Shown here: positions 11,650 through 23,510 of the stretch, piece by piece | How positions within the stretch are numbered: position 1 is the first letter of the stretch | How the letters are laid out: each line of letters begins with the position of its first letter | Translations under genes and position numbers: made by a program | The notes under the pieces: generated by a model | Told to the model about the DNA's origin: nothing | What the model saw: only the letters and a program-made list of their open reading frames with translations | Databases searched by the model: none | Assembly (NCBI GenBank): GCA_000934665.2 | Contig: JYFJ02002574.1 | Span: forward strand, 1 to 54,487 | Direction of reading: 5' to 3' | Source of the DNA: Catajapyx aquilonaris | Taxonomy: Eukaryota | DNA: 54,487 bases

Positions 11650-13810
11650 TGCAGGGAGTGACTCAACAGCAAAGGTCGAGCCTTCAACAAAACATATCCA
11701 TCCTGTAAAACCTTATGGTCCGTGTCTGCAGGATGCAATAAGTATTCATGCTAAATCACATGGGCAGAGTGTAAAACCGATACAAGCACCCACACAACAG
11801 GTCGCCTGGAAAAGATTAATCCACCACAACGGCAAGGTTCATTCACCAAATTGAAACATGCCACCAGCTATTTACAAATATAATGTTTTACTGCTGTCTA
11901 CTAATATTAGATAACCTTTTCTTATTGTGTACCAGCCTTTTTGTTTAGGACTTTAACAATATATTTGATGCACAGTTTTTATCCCTCCCCACTCCATTTA
12001 GAGGAGAAAGAGGAAGGATAGAGGAAGAAGGAGGGAAGTAGGCATACGAGTGTACTACAAGACATTAATATATCAGCCCGCAAGGACGGGAGAAAAACCG
12101 AGTACAAGATGAGGAACTGAGGAAGCTTATATCATCCTATTGCAGGCGATAGATTAGTATTGCTACTTAATCTCTTTAAATTGAAGCTTTATTTTAGTAT
12201 TTGGTATGAAAATGCTTTTGGACTGAGAGTCGATGTATTAATTTCAGGTTGGTTTGGGTTACTGCAAAAGTTTTTGTCTGCCCTGGTAATTATGGCCCAA
12301 GGCCGAAGGGCACTTGCATAATCAGATATACAGTTTGTCGCATCATAATGACACAGAATCCTGAATAGGCTACTGTGGCTCCTTAGTCACAATGATTTTG
12401 CATAATCAAAATTAGGTGCACACTTGAAAGAGAAGTGGTTAAGTCGCCAGTCCCATGGATGGTACAGTATTATGCTCATTACTTCTGTACAGACAGGTAG
12501 CACCCAAGTATAGCACCATGTACGGGAAAAAAATGAAAATATATATTCAGTAGCTTTTTTGTCTTCTTTTTTATCATTAGGCCAATTAGCATCATTCCAA
12601 TAACATACGTGTAGGAGCAAAAATGAGCGACAACTTTTGCTTTCGAAGTTTCAGGTTGGGCTTATGTCATCTTTGTTGGCATTAAACCTTACCATAACAA
12701 CAATGTAGGTAAGCCTTCAAAAAATTAAGACTATACACTCATGATAAAATTTGTAACTTATAGAATAGAAGCACACCAAGTCAATTATAAATACACCGGT
12801 ACTACAAAAAAAAAGCTGACTTATTCTGTTATCCTAATGTATCGCATGTTTCAAATATAATGCATGGAAGCAGCACATTTTATGATTTTGACTGCAAACC
12901 CATCAAAAATATTTTGTCTGACATAATTCACAACTTGAATAATTTCACCTTAAGGCGTTGGTTTGGTTACCAATGTGGGTGGAAAAAGAAGAGGGCCATG
13001 TGTATACACGCCTTCATGATCAAGAGACTCTTATAAATAATACAGTTTGCGATCTAATATAACGTTCATGTCATGCTAGCGTTAAACATTTGTTCAACAA
13101 GTCACTGCCACGATGGCAAACACACTAATGGGTAGGCCACTTTTATCATCCAAATCATATCTCGCTCCCTTATTACTTGCACTATCTATTACCATAATTT
13201 CACTCCAATAAGCAGAAAGCGTGTCACAAGGTGGAGGTTAATGATCAGGAAAAGGAACTTACTGGTAAGCAAATGCAAGGTAAAAACCCATTTCAATAAA
13301 CACATTATGAGTTGAAAGTGAGTTGCAGTAGGAAGATTACTGGCCAGAATCAGCTGAAAACTATGGCGTAGCCTACTAATAATATGATCTGGCGGCATTT
13401 TTGTTAAATTTCTCACATGCAGCCTAGCAGTCATCAGCTCAACTTTTCTGTTAACATGGGAGTAACCAAAATGAAAATATATCTAAATGATGCATTGCAA
13501 AACACAGTAATGCTGACACATAATAGCGGTAGCAGGAACAAATTGTGAAATTGAATATGGCCAGAGACAAAACGTGCCACCATAATCCACGCACTATACA
13601 TTATTAGAAGCACATGTTTTTATTTTAAATTAGATATATAATGCAAAACCGCATTAGGAACATCATCAGTGTGTTTCAAGTATCCAGATGCACTAGTTAT
13701 CGCATGTTCCGCCTCACCCTCCGAACACCCCATCTCGACCAACTTTCCCGCGCCTCTCTAACCGTTTACCGTTCGAACCGTGTACGAATGGGTGAAAAAG
13801 ACGTATGAGG
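11650..13810 (-). pseudogene. Most complete decayed copy of the type I membrane glycoprotein-like gene (interrupted at ~11880-12200)
   Basis: Homologous to 17820-19141, 20345-20690, 21975-22440 and 32190-32620. Peptides WIMVARFVSGHIQ, FSFKCAPNFDYAKSL, YDATNCISDYASALRPWAIITR, TLPLWWINLF, QTRTIRFYR. Confidence 0.55.
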
Positions 13811-14278
13811 AAGAAGTCTTCATAAAAACCACAGATAAATCCTGACGCATCTGAGCGCACCCGTTCCTTGTCTATGAAACCCCTCTAGGCATAAACTTGG
13901 TTGGCATAATATACTGGAACTGGTCACTATAACAACGACAATAACGCGAGTTGTCTCCAGTTCCTGCAGCTTATTCGACTAAAGAGTGTGAAAAGTGTCA
14001 AGATGAAGAGACGAGCGACGCCGAGTCGTACGTGACCTGCTCGAAGGAGGCTCCGGACGTGTTGTCCGTTGACTACACTCTGGCGGAGGACAAGTGGAGC
14101 GACGCCGACGACGTTAGGATAGACCCAGGGACGACCCTCGAGTTTTGATTGAATTCTTGCAAAGTACCACGATTTCATCAAATTCGTCTGGTACAGTGTT
14201 CTCAATGTACATATTCCGTATATTTTAGCGTATAGGCTATTTCACAATAATTAAATCAGACTAACCGTTGGCTGGTAT

Positions 14279-14906
14279 AGTAGGAATCAGATCATAATAA
14301 ACTTTTGAAAAAGTGGAAGGGTTGTAAATTGCAACAGTGCAAGGTTTAGGACCGGACTGGAAAGAGGAGGGTCACTCTCAGATTAGGACGACCGGGTCCT
14401 CGCCTCGGGCTTGTACCAGCTGGGGAAGTGAGCCTCCGAAAATAAGCTGATGAATTTTTTAAGGGTGACTCTTTTTGAATTTTTGACAGCAAATATGAAT
14501 TCTAAGGTGTCGAAAGCCTATATTTTCATACTTGATTCGTATCAAATACTCTGTAAAAAGTATATAACTTAGACGGTGCAATTGCGAAATGAAATTCTTC
14601 AAGTTTTTCTTTACATGCACGTGGCCTATTTGTGACATGCCTGATACGAATCAAGTATGAAAATATAGGTTTTCGACACCTTAGAATTCATATTTGCTGT
14701 CACAAATGCAAAAAGAGTCACCCTTAAAAAATTCATCAGCTTATTTTCGGAGGCTCACTTCCCCAGCTGGTACAAGCCCGAGGCGAGGACCCGGTCGTCC
14801 TAATCTGAGAGTGACCCTCCTCTTCCAGTCCGGTCCTAAACCTTGCACTGTTGCAATTTACAACCCTTCCACTTTTTCAAAAGTTTATTATGATCTGATT
14901 CCTACT
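14279..14906. mobile_element. Fold-back element: ~265 bp near-perfect inverted arms with a ~97 bp spacer
   Basis: 14279-14544 is the reverse complement of 14642-14906 with only a few mismatches. Confidence 0.9.
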
Positions 14907-15170
14907 CGACTTTCGTTTTTTTACGACTATCTATGTGAAAATCATTTTAGGGACTTCTAAGCGACGAAAATCGTCTCCAATACATTCATAGTGCAGACTG
15001 TATAGTGTAGAGCATAAACGTGTTAGTATATGATATGATCCTACATGTATCACGGTAGCTGTTATTATTTGTAAATTATCTTGTCCTTGTCTTCAGAGTA
15101 CGTGTAAGCGACAACCTGTAGGCGATGGCGGTATATCTGGTATTGCGAAGAGGTTTAAAAAAAGAACTGA

Positions 15171-15944
15171 AATAAGAGCAAAAACATTCCCTTCAGTGAA
15201 AAAAAGGGTAGTAAGACCTCCGAGGCGGAATGAAAGTACTGAAACAAGGCAGGCGCACGTAAGACCTTCACCAATTGATTTAAGCTGTACCATAGGTCTT
15301 ACTCAAGGACTGCATGGAACGGCTCGTAAAAATTACTGCTACAAACTACTCAGACCAGTATGTAGGGTTTTATTTTGAAAAGAAGAAAAAATAAATGGGA
15401 AAAATTTAAAGCCATCCTAACAGACTTGGTCCAATCGAAAAAGACCCTCTCAAATTCGCCAATTAACGTTTATATGTGAAAAGTGAAACATTAGAGTTAA
15501 AAATCAGTATCTAAAAGGGGTGACGATTCTGAATTATGAATGTTTCATGGCAATAATTAGCACCAATCGTATAGAAATTCAATGTGCTTAATATTGAACT
15601 TCCCAATTTCAGAAAACACATATGGAGTGGCTCATGGAAAATTAATGGGTGGAATTTTCGCTGTACTACTAGTAACTATAGTTACTGGTAATTTAGCAGC
15701 ACCATTGCACTACACTGGTACTGCTAAGTTAGACGTAACTAGTAGGCCTAGTATAACGAAAATTCCACAAATTGTTTTCGGTAAGGAGACTTCATGAGCA
15801 GTAAATTGGGAATTGCTTGAGTAAGACCTATGGTACAGCTTAAATCAATTGGTCTTACGTGCGCCTGCCTTATTTCAGTACTTTCATTCCGCCGCGGAGG
15901 TCTTACTACCCTTTTTTCACTGAAGGGAATGTTTTTGCTCTTAT
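15171..15944. mobile_element. Element with ~130 bp inverted arms and a nested palindromic MITE (~15649-15768)
   Basis: ATAAGAGCAAAAACATTCCCTTCAGTG...GGTCTTACTCAAG (15171-15307) versus its reverse complement at 15817-15944; a GTAAGACC motif is reiterated in the arms. Confidence 0.85.
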
Positions 15945-16169
15945 AATATTAATCAATTGAAGTAGCACAGAAGGAAATGGACAATGAGGGAATTATAACA
16001 GATCCCAGGCTAGCGATATGGAATTTGTTGTAAGTCAGTGAATCACGGATCAAATTATCATTTGAGAGAATGGTACCCACGAAACTTAGTTAAATGAATT
16101 GATCTCTGGAGTAACTGTGCAGTAATACCACAGCTGGCCGATGACACACACACACACACACACACTCTG

Positions 16170-16830
16170 GAACTGTATGCAAATTTGTGTCTGCAGGGTG
16201 GTGCAACTCTCGCATTTGCATCAGGCATTTCTTACTTATCCTACGCATCGCCATGCTGAATTACAACCATTGCGTTTCCAATATAACCGTTGAATTGACT
16301 CAGTGACATTGTGTGCTCACACATCAGATTGTCAACTGGCAGGTATTGTTGACATTGAGTAAACACTTAAGAGTTCCTAAAGTCAGGACGTGACTTACTT
16401 AGAGGCCTGTTCGAGGGCCGCTCACCGGCGTCACCAAGGCCTATCAGTACATGGTGGCAGCGGGGTGAGACGAATCTACTCCTACCGTTGTTGGAGAGTC
16501 AAAGTCTTGCACAAGCTTGGACATGGCAAGCTTGGGATTTCGACCTCCAGAACCACTGGACTTCCAACGTCCGGAAGGATGGGCTCTGTGGAACGCATGT
16601 AGCCACGCATCTCATTACCAAGTAGTAAAAAGTGGCATTCAATCAGAATCAGCACAAATGCAGCTGTGTACTTCGCTGCTGCCATAGTACCCGCCAACTA
16701 AAGTAAGCCATCGACGTGAGTATTTTTGTAATCACCTTACGTCAAGTATAATAATTAGAACAGTTGACTTACATCAGAAACGTTGGGCAAAGGCCTGGTG
16801 AACTGATGATTTGTCCTGTGATTTGTAGTT
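16170..16830 (+). mobile_element. Heavily decayed Ty3/Gypsy pol (integrase region) remnant
   Basis: Fragments KFVSAGW, AHRRHQG (H..H.G zinc-finger half) and a LPL....WTWQ...FD segment occur in the expected order; weak match. Confidence 0.3.
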
Positions 16831-17066
16831 TCTGTCTCAATATATATTTTAATAAAGGTGACGCTTAGCAAATGCATTGTGTGCAACTGATCTCGCATAT
16901 TTTTCAGGTTTTAAATATGGCATTCAACATGGATTTGTTACTTGTAGTGTCCAGATTAGTTTTAAAACATATATTGATGTCCGAGTATACAAATCTTGTA
17001 AAAATCAGTTGATTTATTGATTGGATCGATTCCAAGTCGAAGCAGTTACCACCGGCCAAGCCTGGC

Positions 17067-17180
17067 TAATATCGTCCAATGGAACTGCCGTGGGTACTTC
17101 CATAATTTGGATGATATCAAGGGGATAATACGACGTTCACCGCCCTCTCGGCATGTGCCTCCAGGAAACTCTTCTGAGAG
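17067..17180 (+). mobile_element. LINE AP-endonuclease N-terminal fragment (I/Jockey-like)
   Basis: NIVQWNCRGY ... (frameshift) MCLQET are the two canonical APE N-terminal motifs. Confidence 0.7.
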
Positions 17181-17369
17181 GAACACAGAAGGCATATATT
17201 CCAAACTATACACTTCTTCGTGAATATTTGTGGCATGCCGAGTTATCCGTTCAATAATTTTTGATACCTTATGTTATTTCTTGAGTTCATTCGTTCATGC
17301 TTTCTGCAGGTGTTGAAGATCCCTCCAAGGGACAGACTTACACACCACAAGAGGACGAAGTACATTATG

Positions 17370-17460
17370 CCTCGCGATATTATATAAAAGAAGGCTGGTA
17401 GTGCCGAATGATTCCAAGCTGCGCATTGAAATAATGAAGGAACGAATTACTAATTCTCGC
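17370..17460 (+). mobile_element. Ty3/Gypsy pol micro-fragment (segment just before the integrase zinc finger)
   Basis: YKRRLVVPNDSKLRIEIMKE resembles R.VVP...LR..IL.E.H. Confidence 0.5.
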
Positions 17461-17819
17461 CAACAAGAAGCGGAAGCCATCTTGGATTTGTGACATCAAA
17501 GGGTGCTTCCCTACCGCTGGACATGGTCCACACGGAACGACGCTACGGGCTTAAGCGCCATTGTGGTAAGCTGTTACTAGCCAGTAATTTTATCCAGCTC
17601 TTTAATGACAATAATATTTGATTTAAATTTCTTTAAATGGCGGCACTGCAAACAGCAGTCGTAGTTGACATCCAGGTCAACAGGCTATTGTTTGCTATCT
17701 ATCCAACTTGGAGAACTTTATAAAAATTTATCGAAACAGCGCAGAATGCCGGCAGTCAGCCTGATACCGCCGCCTGATTTGTGAAGCCACAGTTGATATT
17801 CAATCACGGAGAGATATCG

Positions 17820-19141
17820 ACAAGGTCAATCCACCACCACGACAAGGTTGATGCTCCAAACTGAATAACACACTAGATGAAAAGCTGCCACCAGCTTATT
17901 TCACTGAAACATCAGACGTTACAGTTCACACAATTAATTCTGCCATTTGAAGCAGCCTTTTGAAAAAAGACAGCTAGAAGAATAAGACAGTAAACATTTG
18001 AAGGAGGTAATTCTTTGGCCACTGTCACAAGAAACAGGGTTCAAGGTTTCAATGTTAGGCAAAGAGCGGCCGTGCGGTAAGTCATAACGATCAAGAACCT
18101 CACAAAAATCGTGATGATTGCATGAAAATGCTTTTGAACTGACAGTCAGTGTATTAATTTCAGAGTTTATGTTTTCCCTGGTAATTATGGCCCAAAGGCA
18201 CTGGCATAATCCGGTGTACAGTTTGTCGCATCATAATCACACATAATCCTGAATAGGTTACTATATGCTATATGGCTCCTTCCGTAGACACAATGATTTT
18301 GCATAATCAAAATTAGACGCACACTTGAAAGAGAAGTAGCTAGTCCCATGGATGGTACAGCATTATGCTCATTACTGCTGTACGGGCAGGTAATATGCGC
18401 ATCTAGGCACCATGTAGCAAAAAAACCAAGAAAATATTTTCATATAATATAATTTTCATATAATATTTTATGCAGCTTTTTTGTCTTTCTTTTTATCATT
18501 AGGTCAATTAGAATAATTCCAACAACATAGAAGCAAAAATGAGCGGCTACTTTATATTTCAAAGTTTCAGGTTGGGCTTATGTCATCTTTGTTGGCATTA
18601 ATACCTTACAATAACAACAATGTAGGTAAGCTTGAACAAATTAGACTAGGCACTCATGATAAACTTTGTAATAGAAGCACACCAAGTCAATTATAAATAC
18701 ACCGGTACTACAAAAAAACAGGACTTATTCTGTTATCCTAGTGTATTGCATGTTTTAAATAAGTGTAATACCTGGAAGCAGCATATTTTATGATTTTGAC
18801 TGCAAAATCACCAAAACTATTTTGTTTGGCACAATAACATGAATAATTTCGCCTTTAAGCCCTTCAGGTGTTGGTTTGGTTACCAATATGGGTGGGCAAA
18901 GAAGAGATCCTGTATTACGCCTTCATTACCAAGAAACTCAAACAATCCAGATTGAGATCGAAGATAACGTTCATGTGCATGCCGGAGCTTAACATTTGTT
19001 CAACAAGCCACTGCTACCACGGCAATCACACTAGAAGGGAGCTAGAAGCAGACTACTTTTACAACCCAAGTCAGATTTAGCTCCCTTATTAATTACATTT
19101 TCTGCGACCATAAAGTTTCGCTCCAACAAGCAGAAAGCGTG
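17820..19141 (-). pseudogene. Decayed glycoprotein-like copy (central and C-terminal ectodomain)
   Basis: Co-linear with 12205-13222 over ~1 kb. Open frame EINTLTVSSKAFSCNHHDFCEVLDRYDLPHGRSLPNIETLNPVSCDSGQRITSFKC, followed by a Trp-rich segment. Confidence 0.55.
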
Positions 19142-19269
19142 AAAGTCCCAGCAACATTCCAAAAAAAGCATTGGGACAGAGATTCGGACTCTCCACGAGG
19201 GTCTTACAAAATGTCACGAGACGATATGACCAAGACGAATACCAGATGCCGAACGCAGAGTGCTACACA

Positions 19270-19830
19270 ACACACTGTCTAGAACTGCACGCAAAAGGCG
19301 GATAATCGGATATGCGAAGAGAGTAGATGATAGAAATATATGCGTTACCATGGGTGTACCCTATATATTTGCCCTGATGTTGTCTGTGGAGTCACCATGT
19401 TCTACTGTGATTGCATAGACCTTTGATATGACACCCTGGCCGAATTCGTGAGCGGGAGCGTGCCTCGCAGGATTGTTGCTTGTCGGTATATTCACGAATT
19501 ATTTATAGTTAAAAGGGGAAAACGACTGCTCGAGGCGCGTCCTCCGAAAATAGTGCATCAGCTGGCTGGAGCAGACCGCGGGGCATAATGAGTACTACCG
19601 GCCATCGTTACTGTTCCAAACATTTCACCGCAGTACTCGCAGTAAGTTGCACATGCACTAGGTGACATGAATGTGATCTTGATATTTTAGAGATGCCTCG
19701 AACTTGGGAGGAATACGGGGGCAACCTGAAGTGTGTCCTATGTGGAAAATGGAGCCCCCGGAATAGAACAAGGCCATACGAAGGACCAGGCGGCATTCGT
19801 GGACGTGCATGTGGGCGATGCAAACGTCGT
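19270..19830 (-). mobile_element. Helitron PIF1-like helicase remnant
   Basis: Frameshifted ALFYSGGSIFH / RTHFRLPPY...ISKISR (GG.T.H..F.LP), then KGLCN and SDYPPFACSSRQ (GLCNG...PF...RQFP), in the correct order. Confidence 0.45.
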
Positions 19831-20174
19831 ATTCATCGTGGTAAGTATGCCTCATACATCAACCAAAACTTTGTTGTTGTTGTTGTTGTTGTTGTTTTGG
19901 CAGAAGCAGAAGCCAGCACTGCTAATTCTGAAAGTGGTGGGCACCTTATTCCGATGATGATCCTGATTCAGGTGGTGGTGGACTGCATGACCCTCCTGGT
20001 GATGATATAGTGTCTGCATGGTGGTGCAATTGGGCTTATCCAGGGCCAGCTTCACTGCTGGAGGCCGGTTGGGAAACGGTCTGTATTAAGGGCAAAAAAT
20101 GCGTCGGCCACTTGAGCGTCGCATGTTTCTTTTAAAAATGACCAGGGGTTACGGAAGTTATATTAACGCAGCAT

Positions 20175-20337
20175 ATGGACGCCGAGGGGTATGTTAAGCT
20201 CCTGGATGACGGCCTGCTCCCGGAACATGAGGTACCCGGTGGAGCAGCGCATCAGGTTCGTCCACGATAACGCAAGAATCCATAGGACGAGGTATACAAG
20301 TGACTACATTGAGGAGGCGAATATGTGATGGCCCTGC
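20175..20337 (+). mobile_element. Tc1 DDE transposase fragment
   Basis: MDAEGYVKLLDDGLLP / IRFVHDNARIHRTRYTSDYIEE..*WP matches the F.(Q/H)DNA..H...WP motif. Confidence 0.75.
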
Positions 20338-20344
20338 TTATAAC

Positions 20345-20690
20345 GAAAAGTACCGTGGACTTTGAGGTTGACTAGAGAGGACAGCATGCAGGACGTGCTT
20401 CAAGAGCAAAGGTGGCGCCTTCAGCAAGAAATGTTGATCCTATAAAATCTTATTGTCAGTGTCTGCGGGATGAAAGATGTAATCAAGCAAAATACCTTGG
20501 GCAGCGTGTAAATCGATACGATCACCCAACAGGTCGCCAGGAAAATGTTAATCCACCACGACGGCAAGGTTTATGTACCAAACTGTTTATGTACCAAACT
20601 GAATAACACAAGTGACGAAACGCTATTTTTACTGAAACATCAGACGTTACAGTTCACACAATAAATTCTGCCATTTGAAACCTCCTTTTT
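20345..20690 (-). pseudogene. Decayed glycoprotein-like copy (TM helix and cytoplasmic tail)
   Basis: TLPSWWINIFLATCWVIVSIYTLPKVFCLITSFIPQTLTIRFYRINISC*; homologous to 11660-11875 and 17825-17960. Confidence 0.55.
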
Positions 20691-21974
20691 AACCCTCGGA
20701 CGGTGACGTGGGGACTTTTTGTGACCAACGTCACTATTTACGCTATAACTTGGAAAATTGAGGATATTCGAGATTCATCTTTGAGAACATTTTCGTTTGA
20801 CTATTTCTATGACGAATGACGTTTAGTTTAAATTTTTTGAGCAAATAGCATGACCAGGAAATAATTACTTAGGCGGCAATGCATAGCTGGGGCCCGACCA
20901 AGATCCGGTCTAGCTGCTCCTGGTGGCATCCCAGGGCGCCAAGGGGTGGAATCCCCCTACCCCCGAGAGTAAACTGAAGCCTCCCCCTCTTTTTGGCCTG
21001 ATGGGTTGAAAAATTCCGGACTGTTCAGAACCGGACCTACAGAAATGTAACAATATTGATCGATGCAGCAGAACTAGCCGTGGAATAAGAGCAGAACCTT
21101 CACATCAAGAGAGATAAATACAGCTCCCAAGATACTTCAGAGGCCGAGAAGGGCGAAATAGAGGTGACTATGGCTGGAAAGTCACAAACTATAAGTATAA
21201 GTTCCATCTTATATCCAACGTTGCAACACATTAACCCTATTCCAAGGAGTGAAGTGTTGCGCAATGAAACTAGCGAGAACTAGTCAGAATAAACTGACCT
21301 GCTTGTGAATCAGACCTGCTCAGGATGTGGTCTTACCGTTGTAGCACATTATATCAGGACGTCGCGTAGGGACGGATCTTCGGAAACTGCACGAGTGTCT
21401 CATGGAACCAGCATGGCACAGAAGGATAGGATATCACTAGATGCCGAACACTTACCCATCTGATAGAGATCTTCGTATCTCTCACCATGCAAGTATAGCA
21501 GTGAAAAAAGTCATCTCAGTAACTATATACATCACCACGAACACCCGTCTAAAATTCATATTATATTTTTTCAAATCTCAGCAAAAGTAATGGTTCAACG
21601 TACGGGATTTGCAGATCCCGTACGCCCCGCAGGGTTTTTGCGGGCGATAAGGCTGCAATCAGATCTAATAATTTCGGATACCGCCGAACAAGACCAAGTA
21701 GTATCATGCACAACGAGTAACTTATAACAAATGAGCGACTATACAAGTATACACTTATAGGAATGCAAATGTGTGGCACTTGCAGACAATTGGGCCACTC
21801 GCTGAATTTGGAAGACAGTGGTAAAATTTGCATATATTCCAAAGAATGATGACACGGTTAATCAGAGGTGTCTTAGCCTAAACTCTGAACCAAGATATTC
21901 GTGGCAGATGCCACGTTGTATGAATGTTTAGAAAGGCAACAACTACACTGACTTTATGTTCTATAATACGTTGA

Positions 21975-22440
21975 AACGTTGTTAAATTCTCATATGCAGA
22001 CCAGCAGTCATCAGCTCAGCTTTTTCTGCTAGCATGGGAATTACAAATGATGAAAATAGATCTAAATGAGAATGTGTTGTATTGCAGGGCACAGTAATTA
22101 TGAAGCATATTAGGCGACGGAAGACCAGGAGATACGAGCCATCTTTCTGAATATGGCCAGAGACGAAACGTGACACCATAATCCACGACATTATTCGAAT
22201 CGCATGAATTTTAAAATAATGCAAAACCTAATTAGGAACATCATAGGTTATTACAGGCATCTATGGTGTGTTTCAAGTATCTGCAGACACATCGTTATCG
22301 CAAATTCCACCTGGCCCTCTGAATCCCTACGTGAGAAAGAATTCCACAGATTCAGCCCCATCTCGACCAACCCGCTAGCATGCACGGGTCTCTTCTGAAG
22401 TGGAAGTAAAGACACAAGAAGAACAAGTCTTCCTGAACAT
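21975..22440 (-). pseudogene. Decayed glycoprotein-like copy (N-terminal third)
   Basis: HYFKIHAIRIMSWIMVSRFVSGHIQ...ITVPCNTT...KAELMTAGLHMR; homologous to 13400-13810 and 32300-32600. Confidence 0.5.
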
Positions 22441-22729
22441 TAAAAGTAAATCATGGTGTGTGTGGATAATGTTTATATAAAGTTGTTCCATCTGATAAAT
22501 ATAAGTATCAGCATTCATAAATATATACTGCCATATGAAATGTCATTTTTAAAATAAGGCATTTAGACGAAGCTACCGCCGGCATAGCTCTTGGGGTCAC
22601 GGGAGAACGTTACAACTTTGGAAGGGGACGAAAGCAATCTCCATGTGTCCTTTACATTTTGAAGCCATGGAATCACACTATCTGCGGGTGTTTCACTCAA
22701 TCCATAGCCTTCATACACTCAAGATCGCT

Positions 22730-23220
22730 GCATACGTCTGTTCCAAACTCCCGTCATCAGAAATCCTCTTAACAGTGCGGAACATTCCTCTGCTAAACCC
22801 ACAACCGAAAATGATCCTACTATTCTTCTGAATCCAGATTTCGACACTCTGTACTTCCAGATACTCTTTAGAAGCGACTATGCAAGTTCGGATGGACCCC
22901 ACACCACATACGTTACCTTACAATAGTATAAAATGAGTAAGAGTTAGGAACCATCCTGAGGGAACTAAACCTGTCATCACCACCCCCACTGCCTTATCTA
23001 TACCAGCATCTTCGGTAAAAGAAGAGCGATCCATCCATCCTACTTGATGAGAACCAGAGACTTCCTAAAACCCGCTGCACAACATCTGAAATCTAGTATT
23101 GGAAAGGCGAACTACGACAGTATGTTATCATAAAAATGGTACAGTTTAACATGACTACAGACAGCCACTAAATAAGGCGACAATAACTTTTCCCAAGGTA
23201 CCAAAAACTTGTCCACCTAC
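22730..23220 (-). pseudogene. Second decayed coding family, copy 1 (unknown protein)
   Basis: PWEKLLSPYLVAVC, DVVQRVLGSLW, SLLKSIWKYRVSKSG, VWNRR; homologous to 26285-26760 and 29715-29860. Confidence 0.45.
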
Positions 23221-23384
23221 GTTCGGGCTGGGGATACAACAATTGGCGACGAGGAGTAGAACGCACTTACGACAGAGCTACGCCGCTCCGTTCTGCTTCG
23301 GAGATTTCCGGGCGTGAGTCCTAGTGCAGATGGAGAGAGAAACGAAGAGGAAAAAGAACTGAGAAAAGACTGGAATCTCTCTTA

Positions 23385-23510
23385 GTCTGTCTCCTATTCC
23401 ACAGACCTGTCCGGGTTGGGTGGCCCTACCAGTAGACGAAGCTACCACCGGCATAGCTCTTGGGGTCATGGGAGAAACGCAAACCCCCACCACCACGATA
23501 AGGTGGAGAT
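23385..23510 (-). mobile_element. RTE/BovB-type LINE 5' UTR segment (partial second copy at ~22565-22609)
   Basis: The minus strand reads CCACCTTATCGTGGTGGTGGGGGTTTGCG...ATGACCCCAAGAGCTATGCCG...AGGGCCACCCAACCCGGACAGGTC, matching the 5' block I recall from BovB/RTE elements. Confidence 0.7.

Noticed and set aside
11556..11738. Alternative conserved frame HPADTDHKVLQD...LLKARPLLL as the real protein
   Set aside because: Against the 20.4 kb copy, changes in this frame are mostly first-position and include a stop. The QT.TIRFYR frame has mostly silent changes and follows the TM helix.
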